Sequence record: SRR31156797_2197
Length of the DNA: 64,000 nucleotides
Strand: one strand, 5' to 3'
This document shows positions 9,017 through 18,949 of this stretch, in pieces. The number at the start of each line of letters is the position of its first letter. The stretch's first letter is position 1. The notes beneath the pieces were generated by a model that worked only from the letters and a program-made list of their open reading frames with translations, ran no database searches and had not been told where the DNA came from. A program made the position numbers and the translations under genes.

Positions 9017-10194
9017 TAATTAGATTATTACTGGTTTTATCAATATCTTTAATATTTGCACCTGCCTATGCTGATAGCTTTGATGATTTCAAAAAGCAGA
9101 GTATGGACGGTTTTAAAAACTCTAAAAAAGAGTTCAAGGATTATAAATCCGATACCGACGAGGCTTTTGCTAAGTATAAAAAGATAATCGATGAAGAGTT
9201 TATGGCTTATAAAGCGAGCATCGCTGGAAAGTGGGATGAAACCGAAGTTTCTACCAACACCAAGTGGGTCGAGTATCTGAATGACTACCGTGTGAGAAAG
9301 GTTGTGGATTATGATAAGCAGGAGATCAGAATTGATGTTATAAGCGGTTCTGGTGATGATATTAAGCCTGTTTTAAAAGACCTTCTTACAGAGGATAATG
9401 GTAACGCTTTCAGACGAGATCCAGTTGCGTTTAACACTGAAAAACAGCTTAAAATCATTACAAATGATGTGCTCTCAGACAAGATTGACGATGAACAGGT
9501 GCTTGCAGGGATCTTTTCAAAAGATAAACTGACAGACAGTGGTGCAAATAAGCTTGCTGACGAGCTATTGAAGGGTGTTAAGGTCGAAACTGATTTCTCC
9601 CAGAAAACAGGGAAACCTATCGCCTCTGCGACTATTAAACTCCCGAAAGATACATACTCCAGTGCGGCTAAAAAGATTAAACCGTATGTTGAAAACTATG
9701 CAGATGAATTCAAGCTTGATCCCGCTGTAGTCATGTCTGTTATATATAATGAGAGCAGGTTTAACCCGCTTGCTAAGTCTTATGTACCGGCTTATGGTCT
9801 TATGCAGATTGTGCCTAAGTCTGCCGGAGTTGATGCTATACATTTTCTTGAGGGTAAAAAGAAAATCCTTGCTCCGTCATACCTCTATAATTCAAAAAAT
9901 AATGTAAAAGTAGGCTCTGCGTATCTGCATATTCTCTACTATCGTTACTTTAAAAGTATAAAAAACCCGAAGAGCAGGCTTTACTGTTCGATAGCGGCTT
10001 ATAATACTGGTGCAGGTAATGTCGCCTACGCTTTTAACAAAAATAACGGCGGCAGGTATAGTGTTTCAAAAGCTGCTCCGGTGATAAACTCTATGTCTCC
10101 TCAGAGGGTTTACGATCATCTGAAAAACAATCTCAGATATGCTGAGGCTAGAAGATATATTGTTAAAGTTACTAGTAAAATAAAAGATTATTAA
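9013..10194 (+). CDS. mltC: MltC-like lytic murein transglycosylase (N-terminal extension + SLT domain)
   Basis: IYNESRFNPLAKS (catalytic Glu), AYGLMQIVP, AAYNTGAGNV; signal peptide; ATGA overlap with upstream gene. Confidence 0.85.
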   Translation: MIIRLLLVLSISLIFAPAYADSFDDFKKQSMDGFKNSKKEFKDYKSDTDEAFAKYKKIIDEEFMAYKASIAGKWDETEVSTNTKWVEYLNDYRVRKVVDYDKQEIRIDVISGSGDDIKPVLKDLLTEDNGNAFRRDPVAFNTEKQLKIITNDVLSDKIDDEQVLAGIFSKDKLTDSGANKLADELLKGVKVETDFSQKTGKPIASATIKLPKDTYSSAAKKIKPYVENYADEFKLDPAVVMSVIYNESRFNPLAKSYVPAYGLMQIVPKSAGVDAIHFLEGKKKILAPSYLYNSKNNVKVGSAYLHILYYRYFKSIKNPKSRLYCSIAAYNTGAGNVAYAFNKNNGGRYSVSKAAPVINSMSPQRVYDHLKNNLRYAEARRYIVKVTSKIKDY

Positions 10195-10207
10195 TCTGGA
10201 GATATTT

Positions 10208-10816
10208 ATGAAAAGATTATTATTAACAGCTCTTATGATGGTTGTTATAGCTGGCTGTATGGGGAAGAAAGCTGAGGGACCTGTAGTTTATCAGGATAGT
10301 GCAAAAGCTCAGCAGATGAAAGCTGCGGCAGCGGATGCTGAGATGGACAGAGATATCGCAAGCGGTAACCTCACACTTACACCACCTCCTGCTACTCAGA
10401 AACCTGCGGGGATAATGCCTCCTAAGAAGAAACCTATGAGCCTCGGCTCTCTTAAACCTAAGACAAAATACCCTATGAAGAACGGTTATCCGGTGTGGTT
10501 TTTTACACCTGTTTATGATGGATATATCGGTGCTGTTGGTATAGCTCCTAAGGGTAGAAGTATCACAGCTCAGAAGAGGGTGGCAAAAATTCAGGCTCAG
10601 AAGAACCTTGCAAAACAGATAAATGTACTCGTAAATACCGAAGTTAAAGTCGAATCACTAGGTGTGGATAGTGCTACCGTACAGTATTATCGTCAAAAAG
10701 TGACATCGCTTACGAGAGAAAATGTTGACCAGTTCCTCAAAGGTTTTCGTGTTCAGGACGAATGGGTAGATGAGAGGAGTGGTGAATACTATATATGGAT
10801 GATTTTGCAAAGATAA
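10208..10816 (+). CDS. LPP20-like lipoprotein with Pro-rich linker
   Basis: Lipobox IAGC; YPVWFFTP..GYIGAVG, A.IQAQKNLAKQINV.V, EYYIWM; resembles 8597..9016. Confidence 0.75.
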   Translation: MKRLLLTALMMVVIAGCMGKKAEGPVVYQDSAKAQQMKAAAADAEMDRDIASGNLTLTPPPATQKPAGIMPPKKKPMSLGSLKPKTKYPMKNGYPVWFFTPVYDGYIGAVGIAPKGRSITAQKRVAKIQAQKNLAKQINVLVNTEVKVESLGVDSATVQYYRQKVTSLTRENVDQFLKGFRVQDEWVDERSGEYYIWMILQR

Positions 10817-10908
10817 ATTTTTTAGAATTATTATAGATTAAACTTGCAATTATTGTATTAAGTCCAGTATTATATATTATTGAGTGACTATAATTATAAG
10901 GAACTGAT

Positions 10909-11214
10909 ATGAAAATAATAGTTGATGACATTGCAGATGGCAAAACTATAAGACCTCACGGCAAAATTGATATTCTTACTTCTGCTGAGCTTAGATCGAT
11001 GCTTAATGATCTGACAAAGAAAAAGGTTATGAACATCGTTGTAGATCTCGAGCAGGTAACATACATCGACTCTTCTGGTCTTGCGACTCTTCTTGAAGGG
11101 CTTAAGAATCTTAAGGAGTACGATGGTAAGATGAAGCTTATAAACGTGCCTGACAGGATTTTAAAAGTTCTTTCGCTTATGAAGCTTGATATGATTTTTG
11201 ATATTGCTAAATAA
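10909..11214 (+). CDS. STAS-domain anti-sigma-factor antagonist
   Basis: IVVDLEQVTYIDSSGLATL with phosphorylatable Ser. Confidence 0.9.
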   Translation: MKIIVDDIADGKTIRPHGKIDILTSAELRSMLNDLTKKKVMNIVVDLEQVTYIDSSGLATLLEGLKNLKEYDGKMKLINVPDRILKVLSLMKLDMIFDIAK

Positions 11215-11244
11215 TCTATTTGATTCTTAACTTATTGATACAAT

Positions 11245-11281
11245 AAAAAAGTCCCCGTTACTAAAGAGTGGCGGGGACTTT
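11245..11281. terminator. Bidirectional terminator between convergent genes
   Basis: AAAAAAGTCCCCGTTACT..AGTGGCGGGGACTTT. Confidence 0.8.
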
Positions 11282-11308
11282 ATGATTTATAGGTTGGTCA
11301 GTTGTTTA

Positions 11309-12001
11309 TCAGTCTTCTATGTCCGCTTTCCAGCCTGAGAATATAGAGCTTATATCACCTGCGTGTGTACGGAAATCTACGAGTACAGCAGCGTAAAGGT
11401 GAGCCATAAGAAAGATACCTATTATGAAGATCACAAAGAAATGAAGATATCTTACCCACTGGTTAGCCATAACGCTGAACATCGACCCGAAAAAGCCGAA
11501 GAAAGCGCTCTCTGGAGCGTATTGTGACCAGAGTGCAAATCCGCTGAATATCTGAAAAAGGAACACAAGGAATATTCCGATATAGGCGTATTGCGCAACA
11601 GGGTTATGAGTGAGAACGTGCTTAGGCTTGCTCTCGAGGAACATATAGTATTTAAAGTAAGAGATGATATACTCTCTGTCTTTCTTGTTAAAAGGGTTGT
11701 AAAAGGTTTTTATATGAGCGTATTTATTACCGAGGAAAGCCCATATAGCCCTTACAAGTATGCTGGAGGTGAATATCATCGCCGTGAGGTAATGTACATA
11801 ACGGACAGTACCCATCATGTAAGGTGCATCCACAGGATTTGGTCTCACAAAAGGATAGTGAATGTAAAGTCCTGTTAATATAAGGATAATGATAGATGTA
11901 ACATTAACCCAGTGTGTTATTCTTATCGGAGCTTCCCAAACATAGACAAAACCTCTTGCGGGGCAGTCTTTATAAACACGTTTTTCAGCTACAGCAGACA
12001 T
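11309..12001 (-). CDS. cybH: Ni/Fe-hydrogenase-type b-type cytochrome subunit
   Basis: VYVWEAPIRITHW, RYVHY, HNPVAQ, RYLHF, AHLY, ISSIFSGWK; four TM helices; ATG 12001 follows GGAGG. Confidence 0.88.
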   Translation of the reverse strand: MSAVAEKRVYKDCPARGFVYVWEAPIRITHWVNVTSIIILILTGLYIHYPFVRPNPVDAPYMMGTVRYVHYLTAMIFTSSILVRAIWAFLGNKYAHIKTFYNPFNKKDREYIISYFKYYMFLESKPKHVLTHNPVAQYAYIGIFLVFLFQIFSGFALWSQYAPESAFFGFFGSMFSVMANQWVRYLHFFVIFIIGIFLMAHLYAAVLVDFRTHAGDISSIFSGWKADIED

Positions 12002-12078
12002 ACGACAAACCTCCATTGTGTTTTAAGTAATTTTACCGCAGTTTTGCACTTATGTCTAATAAAATTGAAAAAGTTTAA

Positions 12079-12657
12079 TCAGTCCAGCAGTGTTTCATAT
12101 TCGGGGAGAATGTTGTCGATAAAGAATTGTACGCTCTTAAGTGGTGATTTTTTCAGCTTGTTTCTAATCTCTTCATACTTATGCTTAAATGGCGCGTTAT
12201 TGCCGAGCTTAGTTTCGGTTAGGCACTCTAGCATTGCGTCTATGTTGTCTGAGTATCTTAGAATCTGCCCTTCAAGGGTTTCGTCTTTTCCGTTAAAGAT
12301 CATATCTTTGTATATCTCTTTATAAGGTTCATCCATTTTGCCTAGGAGGAGCTCCTCTGTGATCATCCCTTCGATGTCGGAGACAGCAGCTTTCATCTTT
12401 GGGGTCATATTTTTAACTGTACTTAATATGTCGCCGGTGAAAGCTTCAACAACGTCATGATTAAGGGCTTTTTTGAATAATATCTCCCAGTCGACCTCGT
12501 TTCCGTTCTCCTCCTCTATGACACCTAGCATCTGGGCTATCTGAGTTACGAAAAAAGAATGTTCAGCGACAGACGACCTGATGTGCATAAAGTCACTAGC
12601 CCATCTGCCTATGTTGTTCAACCTTCTGGCGGCATAAAGATATTGTGCGAGTCCCAT
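12079..12657 (-). CDS. HD-domain YfbR-like 5'-deoxynucleotidase
   Basis: RW, SVAEHSF, ALNHD..E..TGDI, D..D motifs. Confidence 0.85.
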   Translation of the reverse strand: MGLAQYLYAARRLNNIGRWASDFMHIRSSVAEHSFFVTQIAQMLGVIEEENGNEVDWEILFKKALNHDVVEAFTGDILSTVKNMTPKMKAAVSDIEGMITEELLLGKMDEPYKEIYKDMIFNGKDETLEGQILRYSDNIDAMLECLTETKLGNNAPFKHKYEEIRNKLKKSPLKSVQFFIDNILPEYETLLD

Positions 12658-12769
12658 AAGTTACACTCCAGGTTTTTTTATTAGATCGGCCGTAAAATAA
12701 TTATGTTTAGTAGTGATTTTCAAAAATGAAAATGCTATATTATCTATTATACAGGCGGAAGGAAGTTAT

Positions 12770-14023
12770 ATGCAGTTTGATAACTTTTTAGTTGGAAGAC
12801 AGCCCATATTCAATATTGATGAATCTGTCTTTGGCTATGAATTTTTATTTAGAAAAGCGGGAACAGATGAGCGGGCGGATTTTTACGATCCAGTTACGGC
12901 TACGTCGCGCGTTCTTGTTAATATCTTTCAGAATTTCGGCGTAAAATCACTCACATCAGGGCGTAAAGCTTTTATAAATATAGATGATAATATCATTATG
13001 CAGGACGTTCTTGATGTTCTGCCGAAGGAAGACCTTGTTCTTGAAATAGTTGAAACAACTAATGTGACCCCAGAGGTGATTAAGCGTGTTGATGATTATT
13101 ATAAGGCTGGATACACCTTCGCATTAGATGATTTTGTCCTTTCCGCAGATTATTTTAGCATGTTTATGCCACTCTTCAGATTTACAGAATATCTCAAAGT
13201 TGATATGAAAGAGAACTGCCTGGCAAAGATGGACAGGGTGGAGAAGATATTTAATAATAAACATATGATGCTTCTCGCAGAAAAGGTTGAAACCAGAGAG
13301 GATTTTCAATTTGCTAAAGATTCAGGTTTCCAGCTTCTGCAAGGTTACTTTTTTGAAAAACCAGCTGTGATAGAGAAGAAGAATATCGAACCCTCTAAGG
13401 CTTGTATATTAAGAATACTTTCAAAACTTTCTAAAAATGCTGCGCTTGAAGAGATTGAGACTGAGTTCAGGCTTCAGCCGGAGCTTACTCTCAAGCTTCT
13501 TAAGCTAATCAATAGCTGCTCCTACTGTCTTCGTAACGAGATCACAACGATTAAACATGCACTAAGCCTCATCGGTCGTGAGGCAATAAGAAAGTGGCTC
13601 ACAATAATGCTTTACGCTGGCAAGAATACTGGTTCTGAAAAATCTACAATGCTTGAAACTGCACTGCTTAAGGCGCATGTGCTTGAGCTTTTAGCACGAA
13701 AGGTTTTTGGCGAAAGATATTCGGGGCTTGCTGATTCATTTTTTATTGGTCTTCTGTCACACCTTGATGTGATATTAGGCACTACAAAGGAAGACCTGTT
13801 TGAGATGATACATGTCAGCGACAGGATAAAAGAGGCGATACTTTTTAAAACGAATGACCTCGGGATGCTTCTCGGCTTGCTTGAGGCGACTGACGATGTT
13901 AACAGTGAAGTTAATCAGGACATACTTGAGAAGTTTAAAATTTCTGAGGAAGAGATTTCGGAAATTAAGTTTGACGGCTTAAACTGGCTTGCTGATCAGC
14001 AAGAGATATATAATAATATTTAA
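12770..14023 (+). CDS. EAL + HDOD domain protein
   Basis: GRQPIF..GYEFLFR, ALDDF, LAEKVET, QGYFF; HDOD LTLKLLKLINS, FFIGLLSHLD; ATG 12770 follows GGAAGG. Confidence 0.88.
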   Translation: MQFDNFLVGRQPIFNIDESVFGYEFLFRKAGTDERADFYDPVTATSRVLVNIFQNFGVKSLTSGRKAFINIDDNIIMQDVLDVLPKEDLVLEIVETTNVTPEVIKRVDDYYKAGYTFALDDFVLSADYFSMFMPLFRFTEYLKVDMKENCLAKMDRVEKIFNNKHMMLLAEKVETREDFQFAKDSGFQLLQGYFFEKPAVIEKKNIEPSKACILRILSKLSKNAALEEIETEFRLQPELTLKLLKLINSCSYCLRNEITTIKHALSLIGREAIRKWLTIMLYAGKNTGSEKSTMLETALLKAHVLELLARKVFGERYSGLADSFFIGLLSHLDVILGTTKEDLFEMIHVSDRIKEAILFKTNDLGMLLGLLEATDDVNSEVNQDILEKFKISEEEISEIKFDGLNWLADQQEIYNNI

Positions 14024-14082
14024 ATACCAATTCTGTCTTTTTAAAACGATAGACATTTCACGACTCTAGGGGTATATTTCTT

Positions 14083-14289
14083 ATGGGTGTAAATATCGAG
14101 GATTCACTTTGTGGCGGGTGTGTGCATTTCCGGCGTTTGCTCATTGCCGAGATGAAAGTCACCTTCACCCTTAAGTGCGCTTCTCTTGGGAAATATCTTA
14201 AAGTCCCAAAGAAATCCTGCGATTTTTACGAGCCCGTTACCTGGGAAAGATTTCTCGACCTAGATAGTGGAGGGGCAGATGAGAATTGA
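14083..14289 (+). CDS. Small Cys-rich hypothetical protein
   Basis: 68 aa with CGGCVHF...C...CDFYE; stop overlaps the malic enzyme start. Confidence 0.55.
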   Translation: MGVNIEDSLCGGCVHFRRLLIAEMKVTFTLKCASLGKYLKVPKKSCDFYEPVTWERFLDLDSGGADEN

Positions 14290-15619
14290 ATACGCTAATA
14301 AAGTTATTAAGAAATTAAGAGTTAAAATCGTTGATAAGGCAGGTTTTCTTGGTAAGGTAACCTCTCTTATCGGTGATAACGGCGGGATGATCGGTGAGAT
14401 CAAAACCGTCCACCTTGGTAAAGGTTATAAAATACGTGACATAGATGTATACGCTGACGACGAAAAGTGTCTTCAAAGTATACTACAGGCTATCAAAGAG
14501 TATGACGGTGTTGACACCATCGGTCTTGTTGACATAGTTGAAGAGACCCACCTCGGCGGTAAGATTGAGATGGTTCCGACTGTAGACGTTCAGACTATTG
14601 ATGATCTTAAGATTATCTACACGCCTGGTGTCGCCTCAATCTGCAGAAAGATTCATGACAATCCGATTCTTGCGAATAAATATACTTCAATTAAGAATAA
14701 TGTAGCTATTGTTACCAACGGTACTGCTATCCTCGGGCTCGGTGATATAGGCGCTGTTGCTGGTATGCCGGTTATGGAGGGTAAGGCTCTCCTCTTCAAG
14801 ATGCTTGCAGGCATTAACGGTATCCCTGTTCTCCTTGATACTCACTCACCGAAAGAGATTATTGATACTGTTAAGCATATGGCTCCTACATTCGGTGCGA
14901 TCAAGCTTGAGGATATAAAAGCTCCAGAGTGCTTTGAAATAGAGGATACGCTCGATAAAATGCTAGATATCCCTGTGCTTCACGACGACCAGCACGGTAC
15001 GGCTGTTGTTGTGCTTGCGGCACTCCTTAATATCGCAAAATATACTTTCGTAAACCTGAAAGAGGCTAGCGTAGGTATTATCGGGCTTGGTGCAGCGGGA
15101 ACAGGTATTATGAAGCTCCTTAAGTCATACGGCATCACAGAGTTTAACGGTATAGACCTCGATCAGTCAGCAGTAGAGAGATTTGTCTCACTCGGCGGCA
15201 CATCAAAGGACCTGAGAGGCGTTGTGGAGTCGTCTAAGATAGTTATTGCGACTACAGGGTGTCCTGACCTTATAACACCGGATATGATCCAGCAGGGGCA
15301 TGTTATCCTTGCTCTCTCTAACCCTAATCCTGAGATTGACCCTGAGCTTGCTGTTGAGAGCGGTGCAATATTTGCTGCTGATGGTAAATCTGTTAATAAT
15401 GCTCTCGCATTTCCGGGGCTTTTTAAGGGTGCCTTAAACGCACACGCTGTTACAATCAACGACCAGATGAAGATTGCCGCTGCTAAAGCTATCGCATCAT
15501 TTGCTCTTGAGGGTGATCTTGTTCCGAATATCCTTGACGAAAATGTCCACTCTGCGGTGGCTAAAGACGTTGAAACTACGGCTTATCGCACTGGTGTCGC
15601 CAGATATATTGAGGATTAA
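14279..15619 (+). CDS. NAD(P)-dependent malic enzyme with N-terminal ACT domain
   Basis: ACT-like N-terminus; [54 protein letters not shown]. Confidence 0.92.
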   Translation: MRIEYANKVIKKLRVKIVDKAGFLGKVTSLIGDNGGMIGEIKTVHLGKGYKIRDIDVYADDEKCLQSILQAIKEYDGVDTIGLVDIVEETHLGGKIEMVPTVDVQTIDDLKIIYTPGVASICRKIHDNPILANKYTSIKNNVAIVTNGTAILGLGDIGAVAGMPVMEGKALLFKMLAGINGIPVLLDTHSPKEIIDTVKHMAPTFGAIKLEDIKAPECFEIEDTLDKMLDIPVLHDDQHGTAVVVLAALLNIAKYTFVNLKEASVGIIGLGAAGTGIMKLLKSYGITEFNGIDLDQSAVERFVSLGGTSKDLRGVVESSKIVIATTGCPDLITPDMIQQGHVILALSNPNPEIDPELAVESGAIFAADGKSVNNALAFPGLFKGALNAHAVTINDQMKIAAAKAIASFALEGDLVPNILDENVHSAVAKDVETTAYRTGVARYIED

Positions 15620-15723
15620 CGAATATAGAACACGGTAGTATAATTCACATGTTAATCAAATAGAATTGACAGGATATTTTCTGTCTGTTTTACTTAAAGA
15701 TAAGTTCATTTTAGGAGGACAAT

Positions 15724-16755
15724 ATGAAGAAACTTTTACTCGTAGCTCTTGTTGTTGCTTTAGCTGCTTTCGGTTGTGGTAACCAAGCTAGCGAAAAGCC
15801 GGCAGAAGAGAAGGCTGCTAAGCCGTCCGGAGTTACTTACGTGACAATCGGTACTGGTGGTGTTACAGGTGTTTACTATCCAACTGGCGGTGCTATCAGC
15901 CGTATCGTAAACAAAAAATCTGCTGAATATGGTATCAAAGCTACTGTTGAGTCAACAGGCGGTTCTGTTTATAACATTAATGCTGTTCTTGCAGGCGACC
16001 TTGAATTTGGTGTTGCACAGTCTGACAGACAGTATCAGGCATACAACGGCGAGGCTGAGTGGAAAGATAGAGGCGCACAGAAGAAACTTCGTGCTGTTTT
16101 CTCTGTACACCCAGAGTCGATCACACTTATCGCTTCTGCTGCTAGCGGAATCAACGGCGTTGAAGACCTCAAAGGTAAAATCGTAAACATCGGTAACCCT
16201 GGTTCCGGTCAGCTCCAGAACTCTAAAGACGTTCTCGCTGCTGCTGGTCTTGCTGAGGCTGATGTAAAAGCTGAGTATGCTAAAGCTGTTGAGGCTCCTG
16301 GTCTTCTTCAGGACGAAAGAATCGACGCTTTCTTCTACACAGTTGGTCACCCTAACGGTAACATCAAAGAAGCTACTTCAGGACGTATCAAAGTTAAGAT
16401 CGTTCCTATCGTAGGCACTGCTGCTGATGCTCTTGTAGGCAAGTATTCTTACTATGCTAAGTCACTTATCGCTATCAAGAATTACCCAACAGCTGCTAAT
16501 GATACAGACGTTAGCTCCGTTGGTGTTAAAGCTACTTTCGTAACATCTGCTGATGTACCGGAAGCAGTAGTTTACGCTATCACAAAAGAAGTATTCGACA
16601 ACTTCGAAGACTTCAAAAAGCTTCACCCTGCTTACTCCGTACTTACAAAAGAAGCTATGCTTGCAGGTCTTTCAGCACCTATCCACGCTGGCGCACTTAA
16701 GTACTACAAAGAAGCTGGTCTTGATAAATTCATCAAGGCTGAACTTATTCAGTAA
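15724..16755 (+). CDS. TRAP transporter solute receptor, TAXI family (lipoprotein)
   Basis: Lipobox AFGC; IGTGGVTGVYYPTGGAI, STGGSVYN, PIHAGALKYYKEAG. Confidence 0.93.
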   Translation: MKKLLLVALVVALAAFGCGNQASEKPAEEKAAKPSGVTYVTIGTGGVTGVYYPTGGAISRIVNKKSAEYGIKATVESTGGSVYNINAVLAGDLEFGVAQSDRQYQAYNGEAEWKDRGAQKKLRAVFSVHPESITLIASAASGINGVEDLKGKIVNIGNPGSGQLQNSKDVLAAAGLAEADVKAEYAKAVEAPGLLQDERIDAFFYTVGHPNGNIKEATSGRIKVKIVPIVGTAADALVGKYSYYAKSLIAIKNYPTAANDTDVSSVGVKATFVTSADVPEAVVYAITKEVFDNFEDFKKLHPAYSVLTKEAMLAGLSAPIHAGALKYYKEAGLDKFIKAELIQ

Positions 16756-16776
16756 CATTATTTAGTTAATATATAG

Positions 16777-16809
16777 AGGAGGGTTGCAGTGATGCGGTCC
16801 TCCTTTTTT
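16777..16809 (+). terminator. Hairpin/terminator between TAXI receptor and permease
   Basis: AGGAGGGTTGCA-GTGA-TGCGGTCCTCCT plus T run. Confidence 0.65.
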
Positions 16810-16842
16810 CTTTTATTTTTATAACTTTATGGAGGAACCTGC

Positions 16843-18882
16843 ATGGCCAGACACGTAAAGACCGCAGAAGAGATTCTCAAGGAAGAAACCGGAGAGGTCA
16901 GGTCACTTCGACCTTTCGAGGGCTACCTTGTATCTGCACTAGCTATTGCCTGGGCGCTTTTTCAGCTCTCTTTAGCTAGCTTCCTCATCATTGACGGTAC
17001 TAAAACAAGAGCGATCCACCTTGCTTTCGCTATGGCGATTCTTTTTCTCAGTATGCCTATTGTAAAACGGCCACCTAAGTCTCTGAGATATTTCGCTTCA
17101 GTAGATAAAATCCCTTTTAACGATTACCTTTTAGCAATATTGGGCGCACTTGCAGCACTTTACATCGCTGTGGATGCTGATGGGCTTGCCATGAGGGCAG
17201 GTTTTCCTATCACCCGGGATATTATCTTCGGTTTTGCAACAGTTATACTGCTTCTTGAGGCTACCAGAAGGTCTATCGGACCAGCTTTGACTATCATCGC
17301 ACTGGCATTCTCAGCTTACGCATTCTTAGGACCTCATATGCCTGAATTTATGGCGTTCAAAGGGGTTTCACTTAATAAATATCTTAATCAGATATCACTC
17401 TCTACTGAGGGGATATACGGTATCCCTCTCGGTGTATCAGCTTCGATAGTTTACCTGTTCGTACTCCTCGGCTCTATGCTTGACAAGGCTGGTGCGGGCA
17501 AGTTTTTTATAGATATGTCGCTCTCTCTGCTCGGTCGCTTTAAAGGCGGTCCAGCTAAGGCGGCTATCGTGGCTTCCGGTTTCACAGGTCTTGTGTCCGG
17601 TTCCAGTATAGCTAACATCGTAACAACAGGTACATTCACCATCCCGCTTATGAAAAAGGTGGGCTATCCTGCTACTAAAGCGGCGGCTACTGAGGTTGCT
17701 GCTTCCACTGATGGTCAGCTTATGCCTCCTATTATGGGTGCTGCGGCGTTTATCATCGCTGAATATGTGAATGTTCCATATATAGAAGTAGTTAAGGCGG
17801 CGGCAATTCCTGCTTTCGTTTCCTACTTTGCACTGTTTTATGTTACTCACCTCGAAGCTAGCAAGCTTGGCATGAGAGGGCTTTCCAGAGAGGAGTGTCC
17901 TAAGTTTTTAGAAGTTCTCCGTAACGGAGCACATTATCTAATCCCTATCGGTATGCTTGTTTACGAGCTTGTTGTTGTACGTCACTCGCCTGAGATGGCG
18001 GCTTACAACGCTGTACTTATCCTCTCTGCTATAATCTTCTATCAGGAGTTCCGCAAAGAGTTTAAGAGCGGTAATAAGGATATGGCTTTAGCCTTAAAGA
18101 ATTCGATAAAAACAATCGGAAACGGTCTGATCGGCGGTTCCAGAAATATGGTGTCTGTTGCACTTGCAACCGCATCGGCTGGTATTATCGTTGGTGTTGT
18201 CGGTATGGGAATCGGCGGTATGATCACTCAGATAGTTGAGACTCTTTCACAGGGTAATATATTCCTTCTGCTTCTGATCACTGCTATCGCCTCGCTCCTG
18301 CTCGGTATGGGGCTTCCGACGACTGCTACATATATAGTCATGGCATCCCTTACAGCGCCTATTATTGTTAATCTTGGTGCTTTATACGGATTTGCTATTC
18401 CTCTTATGGCTGCACACCTTTTCTGTTTCTATTTTGGTATTCTGGCGGACGATACGCCTCCGGTGGGGTTGGCGTCATATGCCGCCGCCGCCATTGCGGA
18501 TTCGCCTCCGATTGCTACGGGTATTCAGGGGTTCACATACGACCTGCGTACTGCTGTAATACCGTTTATGTTTGTATTTAACACTGACCTGATTCTGCAT
18601 AATATTAATAGCTGGTCACTCGGTATATTGATATTTGTTATGGCTTGTTTTGCGGCTTTTGCATTTACTGCGGCTGTTCAGGGTTGGTTTATTATCAAGA
18701 TTAAATTCTGGGAGATTCCTATACTTCTTGCGACTGCATTTGTTCTTTTCAGACCAGAGACCTTGCTTCCAATATTAGGGTTAGGTGCTGATATGAAATA
18801 CTATATGTACTTCATAGGTATGGGGCTATTTGGCCTTATGGTTGCCCAACAGATGTTCCGGGCTAGGCTGGCTAGCAAATAA
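16843..18882 (+). CDS. TRAP transporter 4TM/12TM fused permease
   Basis: EGIYGIPLGVS, GGPAKAA, SGSSIAN..TTG.FTIPLMK, GQLMPPIMGAAAF, LGMGLPTTA.Y, TPPV. Confidence 0.93.
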   Translation: MARHVKTAEEILKEETGEVRSLRPFEGYLVSALAIAWALFQLSLASFLIIDGTKTRAIHLAFAMAILFLSMPIVKRPPKSLRYFASVDKIPFNDYLLAILGALAALYIAVDADGLAMRAGFPITRDIIFGFATVILLLEATRRSIGPALTIIALAFSAYAFLGPHMPEFMAFKGVSLNKYLNQISLSTEGIYGIPLGVSASIVYLFVLLGSMLDKAGAGKFFIDMSLSLLGRFKGGPAKAAIVASGFTGLVSGSSIANIVTTGTFTIPLMKKVGYPATKAAATEVAASTDGQLMPPIMGAAAFIIAEYVNVPYIEVVKAAAIPAFVSYFALFYVTHLEASKLGMRGLSREECPKFLEVLRNGAHYLIPIGMLVYELVVVRHSPEMAAYNAVLILSAIIFYQEFRKEFKSGNKDMALALKNSIKTIGNGLIGGSRNMVSVALATASAGIIVGVVGMGIGGMITQIVETLSQGNIFLLLLITAIASLLLGMGLPTTATYIVMASLTAPIIVNLGALYGFAIPLMAAHLFCFYFGILADDTPPVGLASYAAAAIADSPPIATGIQGFTYDLRTAVIPFMFVFNTDLILHNINSWSLGILIFVMACFAAFAFTAAVQGWFIIKIKFWEIPILLATAFVLFRPETLLPILGLGADMKYYMYFIGMGLFGLMVAQQMFRARLASK

Positions 18883-18890
18883 ACTATAAC

Positions 18891-18915
18891 AAGGGGCTTA
18901 GCGGCCCCTTTTTTT
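18891..18915 (+). terminator. Intrinsic terminator after TRAP permease
   Basis: AAGGGGCT-TAGC-GGCCCCTT plus T run. Confidence 0.75.
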
Positions 18916-18949
18916 AATGGTGCTACTAAAGCATCTAAGGGAGAAACAC

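Noticed and set aside
12683-12711. dif-like half site (CGTAA-AATAA-TTATGTTTAGT)
   Set aside because: Spacer is 5 nt rather than 6 and the left arm is poor; it lies in a divergent promoter.
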